From Clostridia bacterium (lineage in GTDB: Bacteria > Bacillota > Clostridia > Christensenellales > UBA3700): a stretch of 49,792 nucleotides of DNA. The notes beneath the pieces are model-generated. The model worked only from the letters and a program-made list of their open reading frames with translations, was not told the DNA's origin and ran no database searches. The stretch spans positions 1-49,792 of the forward strand of contig JAIDUT010000044.1 of NCBI GenBank assembly GCA_029060065.1. The letters run 5' to 3'. How positions within the stretch are numbered: position 1 is the stretch's first letter; the number at the start of each line of letters is the position of its first letter. Shown in pieces: positions 26,917 through 36,155 of the stretch. A program made the position numbers and the translations under genes.

Positions 26917-29151
26917 TTACTCTACTACCTTGATTGGCGCTAAGCGTAGATTAAAGACCTTTACGCCCAATTTAGGAAATTCTATCTTTGCATTTTCGCC
27001 TGTGATTGCGATAATTTTACCTTGACCGAATCGGGAATGTTCTACATTCATACCTACCTTGAAAACCGAAGTATCTTTTGACTGCGGTGTTTGCGCGCTC
27101 ACGCTCTTTGCAAAGGCTGGCGTAGACGCGTAATTTTTCATCAACTTCTTCATTTCTTGAATTTTGTTGTAATTACTGTAAGCTGACTTCTGCGGTATTT
27201 CTTGGTAGCCGTCGAAGTCGTTGCGGAAGTCGCGCATAATATTGTTTACGCTACTTCTTGTAGTAGGCTCTTGTATAAAGCCTCCTTCCTTAAGAAAACG
27301 CGACGGCATACAATAATCTCTGTGCCCGTATCTAAATCGCGACTGCGCGTTGGTGAGATACAGCCTCTCTCTCGCTCTCGTCACAGCGACATACATAATA
27401 CGCCTTTCTTCTTGGTCGTCGTCCTCTCTCAAACTTGGGAATATGCCCTCCTCAAGTCCTACTATAAAACAGCATTTGTATTCCAGACCCTTTACGCCGT
27501 GAACTGTAGCCAAAGTGATACAATTTTCTATCGGCTGGTCGGTATCTGTCACGAGTGACACCGACTGTAAATACTCGTCGAGTTTGCTATCCACGTTGTC
27601 CTTGCAATACTCCTTAACGGATGTGATATACTCGTCGATATTATCCAATCTGTTTTTATCCTCTTCGTCTTTAGGGTCGTATTGACTTGCGAAATTGACG
27701 AAAGAATTTACAAAATCTATATAGTCGGCAAGTGGCATATTAGCTCTTTCTTTCAAGACGGCAACCACTTCTGAAAAGCCTTTTATCTTACTCTTTATAG
27801 TCGACGTAAGCGGTAGGTTGTCAACGTTGAGAATACCTTGCATAAGAGACACTCTGCTGATAGCGCACGCCTCGATGAGCTTTTGTACAGCGGTGTCGCC
27901 TATACCTCTCTTAGGTACGTTGATAACTCTTAAAATACTCTCGCTGTCATTGGGATTGGAAACGAATTTGAGATACGCCAAAAAGTCCTTGACTTCTTTT
28001 CTCTCAAAGAACTTGTTGCCTCCGATGAGTTTGTAGGGATAATTGTAAAGAGCCAACTTCTCTTCAAAGGACCTTGTCAACATACTTGCGCGTACCAAAA
28101 TTGCAAAGTCTTTGTAGTCGTATCCATCGCTGTTGATAAGATTGGAAATTTGCTCCAACACATAGTCGGCTTCTATTTTTTCGTCGTAACAACTCCTGTA
28201 AATTACTCTTGCGCCCTTATCGCCGTCAGTCCAAAGAGTCTTTTCCATTCGCGAGGAATTATTGGCGATAATCTTATTGGCAACTTCCAATATATTTTTC
28301 GTCGAGCGGTAATTCTGCTCAAGTTTGTATATTCTGCAACCTTGAAAATTCTGCGTGAACTTGCGAATATTGGAAACGTCTGCCCAACGCCAACCGTATA
28401 TACTCTGGTCGTCGTCGCCCACGGCAAATATATTCCCGTACTTATTGGCAAGCAATCTAACCAAAGTGTATTGAATTTTGTTGGTGTCTTGGAACTCGTC
28501 GACGTGAATATACTTGAACCATTCCTGATACTTATCAAGCACGTCCTTGTGAGTGGCAAACAAAAGCAATGTCTTATATAGCAAGTCGTCAAAGTCTAAA
28601 GCGTTGTTCTCTCTGAGTTCTTTCTCGTACCTTTCGTATACGGTAGCAATAAGTTGCCCCTCGGGTTCGCCTTTAAGTCTTGGAGCATATTCTTTAGCGC
28701 TCAACGCTTGGTTTTTGGCATTGGATATATGCCACTTGATAGTCTTTTTGTATTCCTTGTTGTCCTCAATCTCCATAACTTTGAGAATACGCGCAATTAC
28801 TTTTTTGCTGTCCTCGTCGTCGTATATTGAAAAATTGGAGTTAAAGTCGCCAAGTTTGGAGATATCGTTGCGAAGAATTTTGGCGCAAAGCGAGTGAAAA
28901 GTAGATATAGTCATACCACCGCGACCGGTAACCTGAGTAATACGCTCTCTCATTTCGCCCGCGGCTTTGTTGGTAAAAGTAATCGCTAAAATATTGCGCG
29001 GGTCAACGCCCTCTTTTTCAATAAGATAAGCTATACGGTACGTCAAAACTCTCGTCTTACCGCTTCCCGCTCCCGCAAGCACCAATACCGCGCCCTGCGT
29101 ATCCTCTACAGGCAAAATCTGCGCGCTATTCAACAAAGATTTATAATCCAT
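26917..29151 (-). CDS. pcrA: UvrD/PcrA superfamily 1 helicase
   Basis: AGAGSGKT, DEFQDTN, VGDDDQSIY, EQNYRS, YVAVTRA. Confidence 0.95.
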   Translation of the reverse strand: MDYKSLLNSAQILPVEDTQGAVLVLAGAGSGKTRVLTYRIAYLIEKEGVDPRNILAITFTNKAAGEMRERITQVTGRGGMTISTFHSLCAKILRNDISKLGDFNSNFSIYDDEDSKKVIARILKVMEIEDNKEYKKTIKWHISNAKNQALSAKEYAPRLKGEPEGQLIATVYERYEKELRENNALDFDDLLYKTLLLFATHKDVLDKYQEWFKYIHVDEFQDTNKIQYTLVRLLANKYGNIFAVGDDDQSIYGWRWADVSNIRKFTQNFQGCRIYKLEQNYRSTKNILEVANKIIANNSSRMEKTLWTDGDKGARVIYRSCYDEKIEADYVLEQISNLINSDGYDYKDFAILVRASMLTRSFEEKLALYNYPYKLIGGNKFFERKEVKDFLAYLKFVSNPNDSESILRVINVPKRGIGDTAVQKLIEACAISRVSLMQGILNVDNLPLTSTIKSKIKGFSEVVAVLKERANMPLADYIDFVNSFVNFASQYDPKDEEDKNRLDNIDEYITSVKEYCKDNVDSKLDEYLQSVSLVTDTDQPIENCITLATVHGVKGLEYKCCFIVGLEEGIFPSLREDDDQEERRIMYVAVTRARERLYLTNAQSRFRYGHRDYCMPSRFLKEGGFIQEPTTRSSVNNIMRDFRNDFDGYQEIPQKSAYSNYNKIQEMKKLMKNYASTPAFAKSVSAQTPQSKDTSVFKVGMNVEHSRFGQGKIIAITGENAKIEFPKLGVKVFNLRLAPIKVVE

Positions 29152-29305
29152 AAATACTTCAACCCTAAAAACTTAATGTACTTATTATATAATAAAAGAG
29201 ACGAAAACTCAACTGTTTTGTTTCTTGGATAAATAATTATTTATTTCTTATCGATAGAAAAAACGTAAATTTTATGGCATAAAAAAGAGGCTTACGCCTC
29301 TGTTT

Positions 29306-29485
29306 TTATGCCTTGTACATACGCTTACGCGCAGCTTCAGCTTTCTTCTTACGCTTTACGCTTGGCTTTTCGTAAGCCTCTTTCTTACGGAGGTCACCGA
29401 TAATGCCGTCTCTTGCGCACTTACGCTTAAATCTTCTAATAGCGCTGTCCAAAGACTCGTTCTCACCTACTTTAACTGTTGACAT
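29306..29485 (-). CDS. rpsU: 30S ribosomal protein S21 (59 aa)
   Basis: Own translation [23 protein letters not shown]...[18 protein letters not shown]; AAGGAGG RBS; missing from ORF track. Confidence 0.97.
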   Translation of the reverse strand: MSTVKVGENESLDSAIRRFKRKCARDGIIGDLRKKEAYEKPSVKRKKKAEAARKRMYKA

Positions 29486-29566
29486 TTTATCGCCTCCTTT
29501 CCCTAATCGGCTTAATTACTTGAATATTATTACACAATATAAAAATCTTGTCAACAAAATCTTTTA

Positions 29567-29965
29567 TTAAATTTTCAACTTCTTGCAAATCTCTTCAAGG
29601 TCAAGCTCTTTCTTATCCTTTAGCGCCCAAATATCAATACCGTCGCCCGCTTTTCTGGGAATAACGTGCAAGTGCAAATGGAATACCGTCTGCTGAGCGC
29701 TTTCTCCGCTTGCGTTGAGTATGTTCACGCCCTCGAAACCGCAATTCTCTACGAAGTGACGAGATATTTTTTGCGCCGTAGCGATAGTGGCTTTTAGATA
29801 CTCTTCGTCGCAATCCAGTATATTCGTACAATGCTTCTTAGGTATTACCAAAGTATGCCCGTAACTGTCGCAAGCTATGTCCAAAAATGCGTACGTCTTA
29901 TCGTCCTCGTATATTTTATAAGAGGGAATTTCGCCCTTTATAATTTTGCAAAAAATACAATCCAT
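29567..29965 (-). CDS. HIT-family nucleotide hydrolase
   Basis: DCIFCKI, HLHLHVIPR. Confidence 0.95.
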   Translation of the reverse strand: MDCIFCKIIKGEIPSYKIYEDDKTYAFLDIACDSYGHTLVIPKKHCTNILDCDEEYLKATIATAQKISRHFVENCGFEGVNILNASGESAQQTVFHLHLHVIPRKAGDGIDIWALKDKKELDLEEICKKLKI

Positions 29966-29986
29966 ATTACTCTCCTTGATATAAAT

Positions 29987-31249
29987 TTATACCGTTTTGT
30001 CCATATTTTTTAATACTCTGCAATAGGCTATGCCGTCTTGCGCTTTTTCAACTTTAACGTCATATAAGCAATCGCTTTGTCCGCCCTGAATATAGCACTT
30101 TATGTATTGCGTAGAATAACCGCACATATATCCTTGCTCCATATCTTCAGTGAGAAGTTGCAACGTCTTGCCGACAAAACTTTCTACGTACTCTTGGCGT
30201 TTTTTCTCCGCTACTTTTATCGCCCTGTTTACTCTGTCTTTTACTACGCTTTGGGACAACAACTTGTACCTAGTTACGTTCGTACCCTCTCTTGGCGAAT
30301 AGCCGAATATGTGCATTTGCGCAAAGCCTACTCTGTCGATAAACTCAAGAGTACGCTCAAAGCTCTCCTCGTCTTCAGTGGGGAAACCGCAAATGAGATC
30401 CGTGGTGATAGCGCAGTGTGGAAAATACTCGCGTATGAGATTTACCTTTTCAAGATATTCGGCGGTGGTATAATGCCTGTTCATCTTTTTGAGAACGCCG
30501 TCCTCTCCGCTCTGCAAAGAAAGGTGAAATTGCGGACAGAATTTTTTTAGATTTTTTAGAGCGCCGAGCAAATTATCGTCAATTACGTTCACTTCCAAAG
30601 ACCCAAGGCGGATTCTGCAATCTATATCGCTTAAAGCGCATATAAGCGTAGCTAAATCGCAATCTATGTTCTTTCCGTATGACGAAATATCAATGCCAGT
30701 AATCGTGATTTCTTTGCTCTTGCTCTCCAAGTTTTTGCACTCTTCGACAACGCTCTCGATACCCCTTGAACGACTTCTTCCCCTGACGTAAGGAATAAGA
30801 CAATATGAGCAGTAATTATCGCAACCGTCCTGAATCTTGACGTACGCTCTCGTACGCACTACCTCGGCGGAAAAATCATCCTCATATTCTTTCGGAAGAG
30901 CCTCCACCAAAACTCCGCTCTCTTGCAACATATCCGCCAACTTTCCTTTACGCGCGTTGCCTATTACGAAAGTCACGTTATCCTTTGTGGAAAATTGATT
31001 GGGATTGTTTTGCGAAGCGCAACCGCAAACGACTACCTTGGCATTGGGATTAAGTTTAAGACACCTGCTGACGCATTGGCGCGACTTGCGTTCCGCCTCG
31101 TTGGTGACGGCGCAAGTATTGAGGACGTATAAATCTGCGTATACCAAATCCTCGCTCACCTCGTACCCTCTTTCTTTGAGCGTCTTTAGCAAGCTATCAC
31201 ATTCGTATTTATTAACTTTACATCCCAAATTGTATACAACTATTTTCAT
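29987..31249 (-). CDS. mtaB: tRNA t6A37 methylthiotransferase
   Basis: LGCKVN, GCDNYCSYC radical SAM motif, located after rsmE. Confidence 0.92.
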   Translation of the reverse strand: MKIVVYNLGCKVNKYECDSLLKTLKERGYEVSEDLVYADLYVLNTCAVTNEAERKSRQCVSRCLKLNPNAKVVVCGCASQNNPNQFSTKDNVTFVIGNARKGKLADMLQESGVLVEALPKEYEDDFSAEVVRTRAYVKIQDGCDNYCSYCLIPYVRGRSRSRGIESVVEECKNLESKSKEITITGIDISSYGKNIDCDLATLICALSDIDCRIRLGSLEVNVIDDNLLGALKNLKKFCPQFHLSLQSGEDGVLKKMNRHYTTAEYLEKVNLIREYFPHCAITTDLICGFPTEDEESFERTLEFIDRVGFAQMHIFGYSPREGTNVTRYKLLSQSVVKDRVNRAIKVAEKKRQEYVESFVGKTLQLLTEDMEQGYMCGYSTQYIKCYIQGGQSDCLYDVKVEKAQDGIAYCRVLKNMDKTV

Positions 31250-31274
31250 AATACTATGCCGTATCTCTTCTTAT

Positions 31275-32003
31275 TTAGCCTTGTAAATCTCCCATTTCGT
31301 ACATAATCAGAGCTGAGGCGATTATCGACGCTGTTTCGCATCTTAAGATGCGTTTTCCAAGCGAAACAACTTGACCTTTTTTTGCGATGATTTCCTCAAC
31401 TTCTTCAGGGGCAAATCCGCCCTCGCTACCGATTATCAAAGCAATTTTTTTGCCTTTATCCAAACCTTTTACGTCGGATATTTTTCCGATTTCTGCATGT
31501 TCGTATGGAATAATTACAGTATCGTATTCGTCAAGATTGTTTAGCAAACCGTCAAAATCCAAAAGTTCGCCCACCTGCGCCTTTCTTGCGCGACCGCACT
31601 GCTTGCAAGCCTCTAAAGCTATTCTATTTGCTCTTTGGAAATTGAATTTGCTTTCATTGACGTATTTTGACATAAAAGGAACTATCTTCTCCACGCCGAG
31701 TTCTACGCACTTCTGCGTAATTAAATCCAATTTATCTCCCTTTGGCAATGCTTGAAAGAGCGTCACACTTGCAGGAGCTTTGCACTCATTGTCAATGACT
31801 TTCTCAACTTCGGCTTTAGCGTACTCCTTGCACATTTCTCTGATAACGCAATAATAATCCTTGCCGTCGTCAAGGTTGACGATTATTTGATAGCCGACCT
31901 TGTGTCGCAATACCTTGCTCATATGGACATATTCTTCGCCGTCCACTATTATGTATCTGCCGTCAAAATTCTCGACGTCTGCAAAAAATCTCTTAATTTC
32001 CAT
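31275..32003 (-). CDS. rsmE: 16S rRNA m3U1498 methyltransferase
   Basis: QKCVELGV, IGSEGGF, LGKRILRCETA. Confidence 0.95.
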   Translation of the reverse strand: MEIKRFFADVENFDGRYIIVDGEEYVHMSKVLRHKVGYQIIVNLDDGKDYYCVIREMCKEYAKAEVEKVIDNECKAPASVTLFQALPKGDKLDLITQKCVELGVEKIVPFMSKYVNESKFNFQRANRIALEACKQCGRARKAQVGELLDFDGLLNNLDEYDTVIIPYEHAEIGKISDVKGLDKGKKIALIIGSEGGFAPEEVEEIIAKKGQVVSLGKRILRCETASIIASALIMYEMGDLQG

Positions 32004-32009
32004 ATTTGT

Positions 32010-32939
32010 TTATTTACCTAACTTAAACGCTACCCATTCGCCCATATTTACACGCTCGATTATCTTATATCCCGCATTGATAAAGGCATTTTTTACATCG
32101 TCTTCTCTCTTGAGAATTATTCCGGATATTATTACCACTCCGTCGTTTTTCAAATAATCTCCCAGCGTAGCCGACAAAGTAATAAGCACGTCTGCCGTAA
32201 TATTGGCAAGCACTATATCAAACTTGCCTGTCGTCTTATCAAGTAGATTGGCATTGTCGACTTTGAGCTTGTCCGACAAGTCATTTAGCATAGCATTAGC
32301 CTTTGCAGACTTGACCGCATTGTCGTCAATATCGTACGCTTCGACGAATTTTGCGCCGAGTTTTGCCGACGCAAGCGCTAAAATTCCGCTTCCCGTGCCT
32401 ACATCTATTACGCTCTTACCCTCTATGCCTAAAGCCTGCAAAAGCTGTAAACACATCTTGGTACTCTCGTGTTCGCCCGTGCCGAAAGCCATGCCCGGGT
32501 CAATCTTTACGATGTGCTCGCCGTCTTGGGGTATGTAATCTATCCACTCGGGAACTATAGTAATTCTGCCTGCGTGAATAGGCTTATAATTCTCCTTCCA
32601 GCTCTCAACCCAATCGTTGTCGTCGACTACAGTCTTGGATACATCAAGACTTCCGAAATCAAAAGGACAGTTTGTCCTCAAAAAGTCAAGTTTTTCGTCT
32701 ATCAATGCCTTTACGCTTTCAAAGCCGTCAACGGGAAAATAACCTTTGACTTGAGCTTTGCCGTCGTCATTTATGAGATGCTCGTCCATATAGTCCCATA
32801 TCACGCCATTGGCGGAAAGTTCCAAAAGGTCTTTTGGGTCATAAATCCCAATGCCGTTACTCCCCGCTTCGGTGAGTATGTCGGCTACCAATTCGCTTGC
32901 TTCGCTGGTGGTATCTACTGTAATTTCATAATACTTCAT
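32010..32939 (-). CDS. prmA: Ribosomal protein L11 methyltransferase
   Basis: IDPGMAFGTGEHEST, DVGTGSGIL. Confidence 0.96.
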   Translation of the reverse strand: MKYYEITVDTTSEASELVADILTEAGSNGIGIYDPKDLLELSANGVIWDYMDEHLINDDGKAQVKGYFPVDGFESVKALIDEKLDFLRTNCPFDFGSLDVSKTVVDDNDWVESWKENYKPIHAGRITIVPEWIDYIPQDGEHIVKIDPGMAFGTGEHESTKMCLQLLQALGIEGKSVIDVGTGSGILALASAKLGAKFVEAYDIDDNAVKSAKANAMLNDLSDKLKVDNANLLDKTTGKFDIVLANITADVLITLSATLGDYLKNDGVVIISGIILKREDDVKNAFINAGYKIIERVNMGEWVAFKLGK

Positions 32940-33739
32940 TATTTATCCTCTTGGTCAGTTTCTCTCTTTTCATTTGTACTTGTGTGAGTGATACAAGTGT
33001 TCGCGCCGTTATCTTCACTGGCAATTACGTCTTGCTTTACGTCATTTTTTTCTTCTTTGACCATATTCTCTACAGCATTAACTTCTTGATTTTGAGCCGT
33101 CTGAGCTTGCTTTTTGTTTTTGACCATTTTTATTACTGTCCTAGCTATGAATAGCAACAAGACCAGAATTACTATAATAAAGAAAATATCGAGTATGATA
33201 TTCATATACGCCGAAAGGAAAAACGCAAGCAAGGTGACTATTGCTCCTGCCGTCAAATTGCCGAGCCATACCATTATCATTGATTTCCAAAACGGTAAAT
33301 CTATAAAAGTTGCTATAGCGCTACCCGTCCATACTCCCGTCAAAGGTATCGGGAAAGCTACGAAGAGATATACCCCAAGCATTTTCTTCCGCTCAAGCCG
33401 TTTTAATTCTTCGCCTGTCAAAGCGGTATTTCCCTCTTTGCCAAGGACTTTCAATGCCTTTCCCTTAAAGCCATCCTCTATAGCCTGCGCAAGTGAAGCA
33501 AAAATCTTAAACTTCTTCATCCAGTTTAGCACAGGGCGTAATATCAATAAAAGTATAGGCGAAACAATTGCGGATCCTGCCCAAGCAAGCGCAAAGGCTA
33601 TGATAGGCTTAATTCCCATAGTAATTGCCGCAGGTATAGCCCCGCGCAGTTCAACTATCGGTATCATTGATATCAAAACCGTAGTCAAATAATCATTGCC
33701 GATAAGTTGTCGCACTGCTTCTATAATCTTCTCTGTCAC
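32939..33739 (-). CDS. Small multidrug export-like membrane protein (COG2426 type)
   Basis: ISMIPIVELRGAIP, FVAFPIPLTGVWTG. Confidence 0.85.
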   Translation of the reverse strand: MTEKIIEAVRQLIGNDYLTTVLISMIPIVELRGAIPAAITMGIKPIIAFALAWAGSAIVSPILLLILRPVLNWMKKFKIFASLAQAIEDGFKGKALKVLGKEGNTALTGEELKRLERKKMLGVYLFVAFPIPLTGVWTGSAIATFIDLPFWKSMIMVWLGNLTAGAIVTLLAFFLSAYMNIILDIFFIIVILVLLLFIARTVIKMVKNKKQAQTAQNQEVNAVENMVKEEKNDVKQDVIASEDNGANTCITHTSTNEKRETDQEDK

Positions 33740-33919
33740 GTCTACTCCTTATAACCAATAATATGTATAATTATATGCGTTGCACCTTTCCGATATATCT
33801 AAATTTTGGTCAATTTACCTACTTGATATTAACTGTTCAATAGCTTGATTGTTAATTTATATTAAATATATTATATAATTTTCCTTGCAATCAGTCAATA
33901 AAACGGATAAACTAAATAT

Positions 33920-34666
33920 ATGCAAAAATTATTATCGTTGACAAGAAAAGCTATCGCCGACTATGGCATGATTCAAAACGGTGACAAAATTGCCGTGGGA
34001 CTGTCGGGCGGGAAAGACAGTATGGCATTGCTCGCCATACTCTCTGCGTATAAAAAATTCGCTCCAGAAAAATTTGATTTGGTGGCTATCAATATAGATT
34101 TAGGTCTAAACGCAGATGTAAACGAAATACAGGCGACTAGAGAATACTGTCATAGCGTTGGCGTTGAATTTATTGTCGAAAATACGCAAATTTACGATAT
34201 AATTGTGGAAAGAGGTGAAAAAAGTCCTTGCTCCTTGTGTTCAAAAATGCGCAGAGGCGCGCTAAACAGCATAGCCAAGCAATACGGTTGCAATAAGTTG
34301 GCGCTTGGTCATCACGCAGACGACGTCTTGGAAACTTTTTTATTGAGTTTTATTTATGAAGGCAGAATTTCTACTTTTATGCCTGTAAGCCATATGGATA
34401 GAAGCAATATTACTCTAATTCGACCGTTTATCTACGTCGAAGAAAAATATCTGTCTGGACTTGCAAGAAGATATAATTTGCCAATCATCCACAATCCTTG
34501 TCCGCAAGATAAGAACACTAAACGCGAGGACGTCAAAAAATTAGTGGAAAGTCTTGACGAAAAATACGCATGCAAACAGCTTATGCTATCCGCGCTCTTC
34601 CATCCTGAACGTAATAATCTGTGGGATAAAATTAAAGGAATAATTAATACAAACAATAAGGAATAG
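33920..34666 (+). CDS. ttcA: TtcA-family tRNA thiolation PP-loop ATPase
   Basis: SGGKDS, PCSLCSKMRRG, GHHADD. Confidence 0.85.
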   Translation: MQKLLSLTRKAIADYGMIQNGDKIAVGLSGGKDSMALLAILSAYKKFAPEKFDLVAINIDLGLNADVNEIQATREYCHSVGVEFIVENTQIYDIIVERGEKSPCSLCSKMRRGALNSIAKQYGCNKLALGHHADDVLETFLLSFIYEGRISTFMPVSHMDRSNITLIRPFIYVEEKYLSGLARRYNLPIIHNPCPQDKNTKREDVKKLVESLDEKYACKQLMLSALFHPERNNLWDKIKGIINTNNKE

Positions 34667-34697
34667 TCAAAAAAAACTATTCCTATTTTGTCCATAT

Positions 34698-34970
34698 TTA
34701 TATTTTTTTAACAGAGTTTTTATTCTTTTGCTGATAGAGTTTTTTGGTACTCTCTCCGCCCCTTAGATGTCTTACCGATAAGTTATATTCGAGAACTTTT
34801 CTTACGTCTTCATACAAATCAATATCGATATATTTTAATTTGGTATTAACGTAGCTATGTATTGCGCTTTTGCTAATGCCAAAGACTTGCGCGCACTGAC
34901 GCACCGTACATTTATTCTCCAATATATAATTAGCAATTGATACAATAATTTGGTCGCTATAGTCACGCAT
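34698..34970 (-). CDS. spoIIID: Sporulation transcription regulator SpoIIID-like
   Basis: TVRQCAQVFGISKSAIH...RHLRGGESTK. Confidence 0.9.
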   Translation of the reverse strand: MRDYSDQIIVSIANYILENKCTVRQCAQVFGISKSAIHSYVNTKLKYIDIDLYEDVRKVLEYNLSVRHLRGGESTKKLYQQKNKNSVKKI

Positions 34971-34986
34971 ATTCCACCTCGCAAAT

Positions 34987-35015
34987 ATCCTATGCGGAGA
35001 ATATGCGATATATGA
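34987..35015 (-). promoter_or_regulatory. Sigma-E-like promoter of spoIIID
   Basis: TCATA-16 bp-CATAGGAT, matching the ATA-16-CATAcanT consensus; spoIIID is sigma-E controlled in Bacillus. Confidence 0.55.
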
Positions 35016-35065
35016 CGGAACTTGAGCGGATTGTATTCTTAGCCGGCTATCGCAATAACGTTAGC

Positions 35066-35479
35066 TCAATCATTGACCGTATATACCTCTTTACATTTGT
35101 TCATATATGCATATATACATTTGCGCAAAGTATCAATCATCATAATTACGCCGAGAATAATTAAGAATACGGCAAATCCCACAGACAATGCCTTTGATGA
35201 GATTTTCTTAACTAAAAGCGCGGAAATTATGCTTGTTATTAACGCTGGCGTTGCGACCATTAAAACGCTCTTATAATCAATCCCCTTTCGCTTGATGTTA
35301 ATGATAGTTACTATGATTGCCATGGGAATAAACGCCACCAAATTGATTGCCTGAGCATTCTTTTGTGGTACGTCAAGAAAAATCGTCAATATCGGAATAA
35401 GTAGCGTACCGCCACCCATACCCATACCGCCTATAATTCCTCCTACTATACCTGCTAAAATCAATAGAAATATTTGCAT
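35066..35479 (-). CDS. TauE/SafE-family membrane protein (half-size)
   Basis: GGMGMGGGTLLIP, AQAINL. Confidence 0.85.
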   Translation of the reverse strand: MQIFLLILAGIVGGIIGGMGMGGGTLLIPILTIFLDVPQKNAQAINLVAFIPMAIIVTIINIKRKGIDYKSVLMVATPALITSIISALLVKKISSKALSVGFAVFLIILGVIMMIDTLRKCIYAYMNKCKEVYTVND

Positions 35480-35522
35480 TATTTTCTCCTATAAAGACAT
35501 GTTATGCCGTTTTGTCCATATT

Positions 35523-35987
35523 TTATCCGCCAAAATTTTTAATAAGCGTTGATACTCCGGCAACTATCATTAGTGTGTAAAAAACTATCTTCAATGCGTT
35601 GTTAGAGAGCTTTTTCATTAAAAATGTTCCTATAAGTCCGCCGATTATCACTCCGCCTCCTACCCATAAACCGTTGGGTACAGTAAAATTACCTTGGGTG
35701 ATATATATAATTCCGCTGACAAGAGAAAGAGGCAAGATTGTCAAAATGGCGCTTGAATGAGCAAGTTTTTCCTCTAAGCCGAGCAAAATAGTAAAAATAG
35801 GTACGACTAGCATACCTCCGCCACCTCCGAATAATCCGTTGGCAATCCCCACAAATAGTGAGGCTATAACCGTCAAGACTATTCGCCCTTTTTTGCCTAA
35901 TTTATCAATGCCTTTTTTGTGATTTTGCGCAAGTAGACAAGGCATCTTTGAATATTTTAACCCCGTTGTTTTAGTTTCGCTTTGCAT
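35523..35987 (-). CDS. TauE/SafE-family membrane protein (half-size), start uncertain
   Basis: NGLFGGGGGMLVVP, AHSSA. Confidence 0.8.
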   Translation of the reverse strand: MQSETKTTGLKYSKMPCLLAQNHKKGIDKLGKKGRIVLTVIASLFVGIANGLFGGGGGMLVVPIFTILLGLEEKLAHSSAILTILPLSLVSGIIYITQGNFTVPNGLWVGGGVIIGGLIGTFLMKKLSNNALKIVFYTLMIVAGVSTLIKNFGG

Positions 35988-36155
35988 ACTCCTCTCCGAT
36001 GAAATAAAGCCGTTTTCACTTATATTGCGTAATATTGACGTAATTAAACAAAAATGTTAAGTAAAATAATTGATTTTTTATTATTACTATTATATAATTA
36101 AGCAGACTATTGTAAATAAAATAATAGATTTATTTATTATTATAAAGGTGGTTAA

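Noticed and set aside
35066-35987. Split TauE gene as a pseudogene
   Set aside because: Paired half-size TauE genes are common in clostridia, and the downstream gene has its own GGAG RBS
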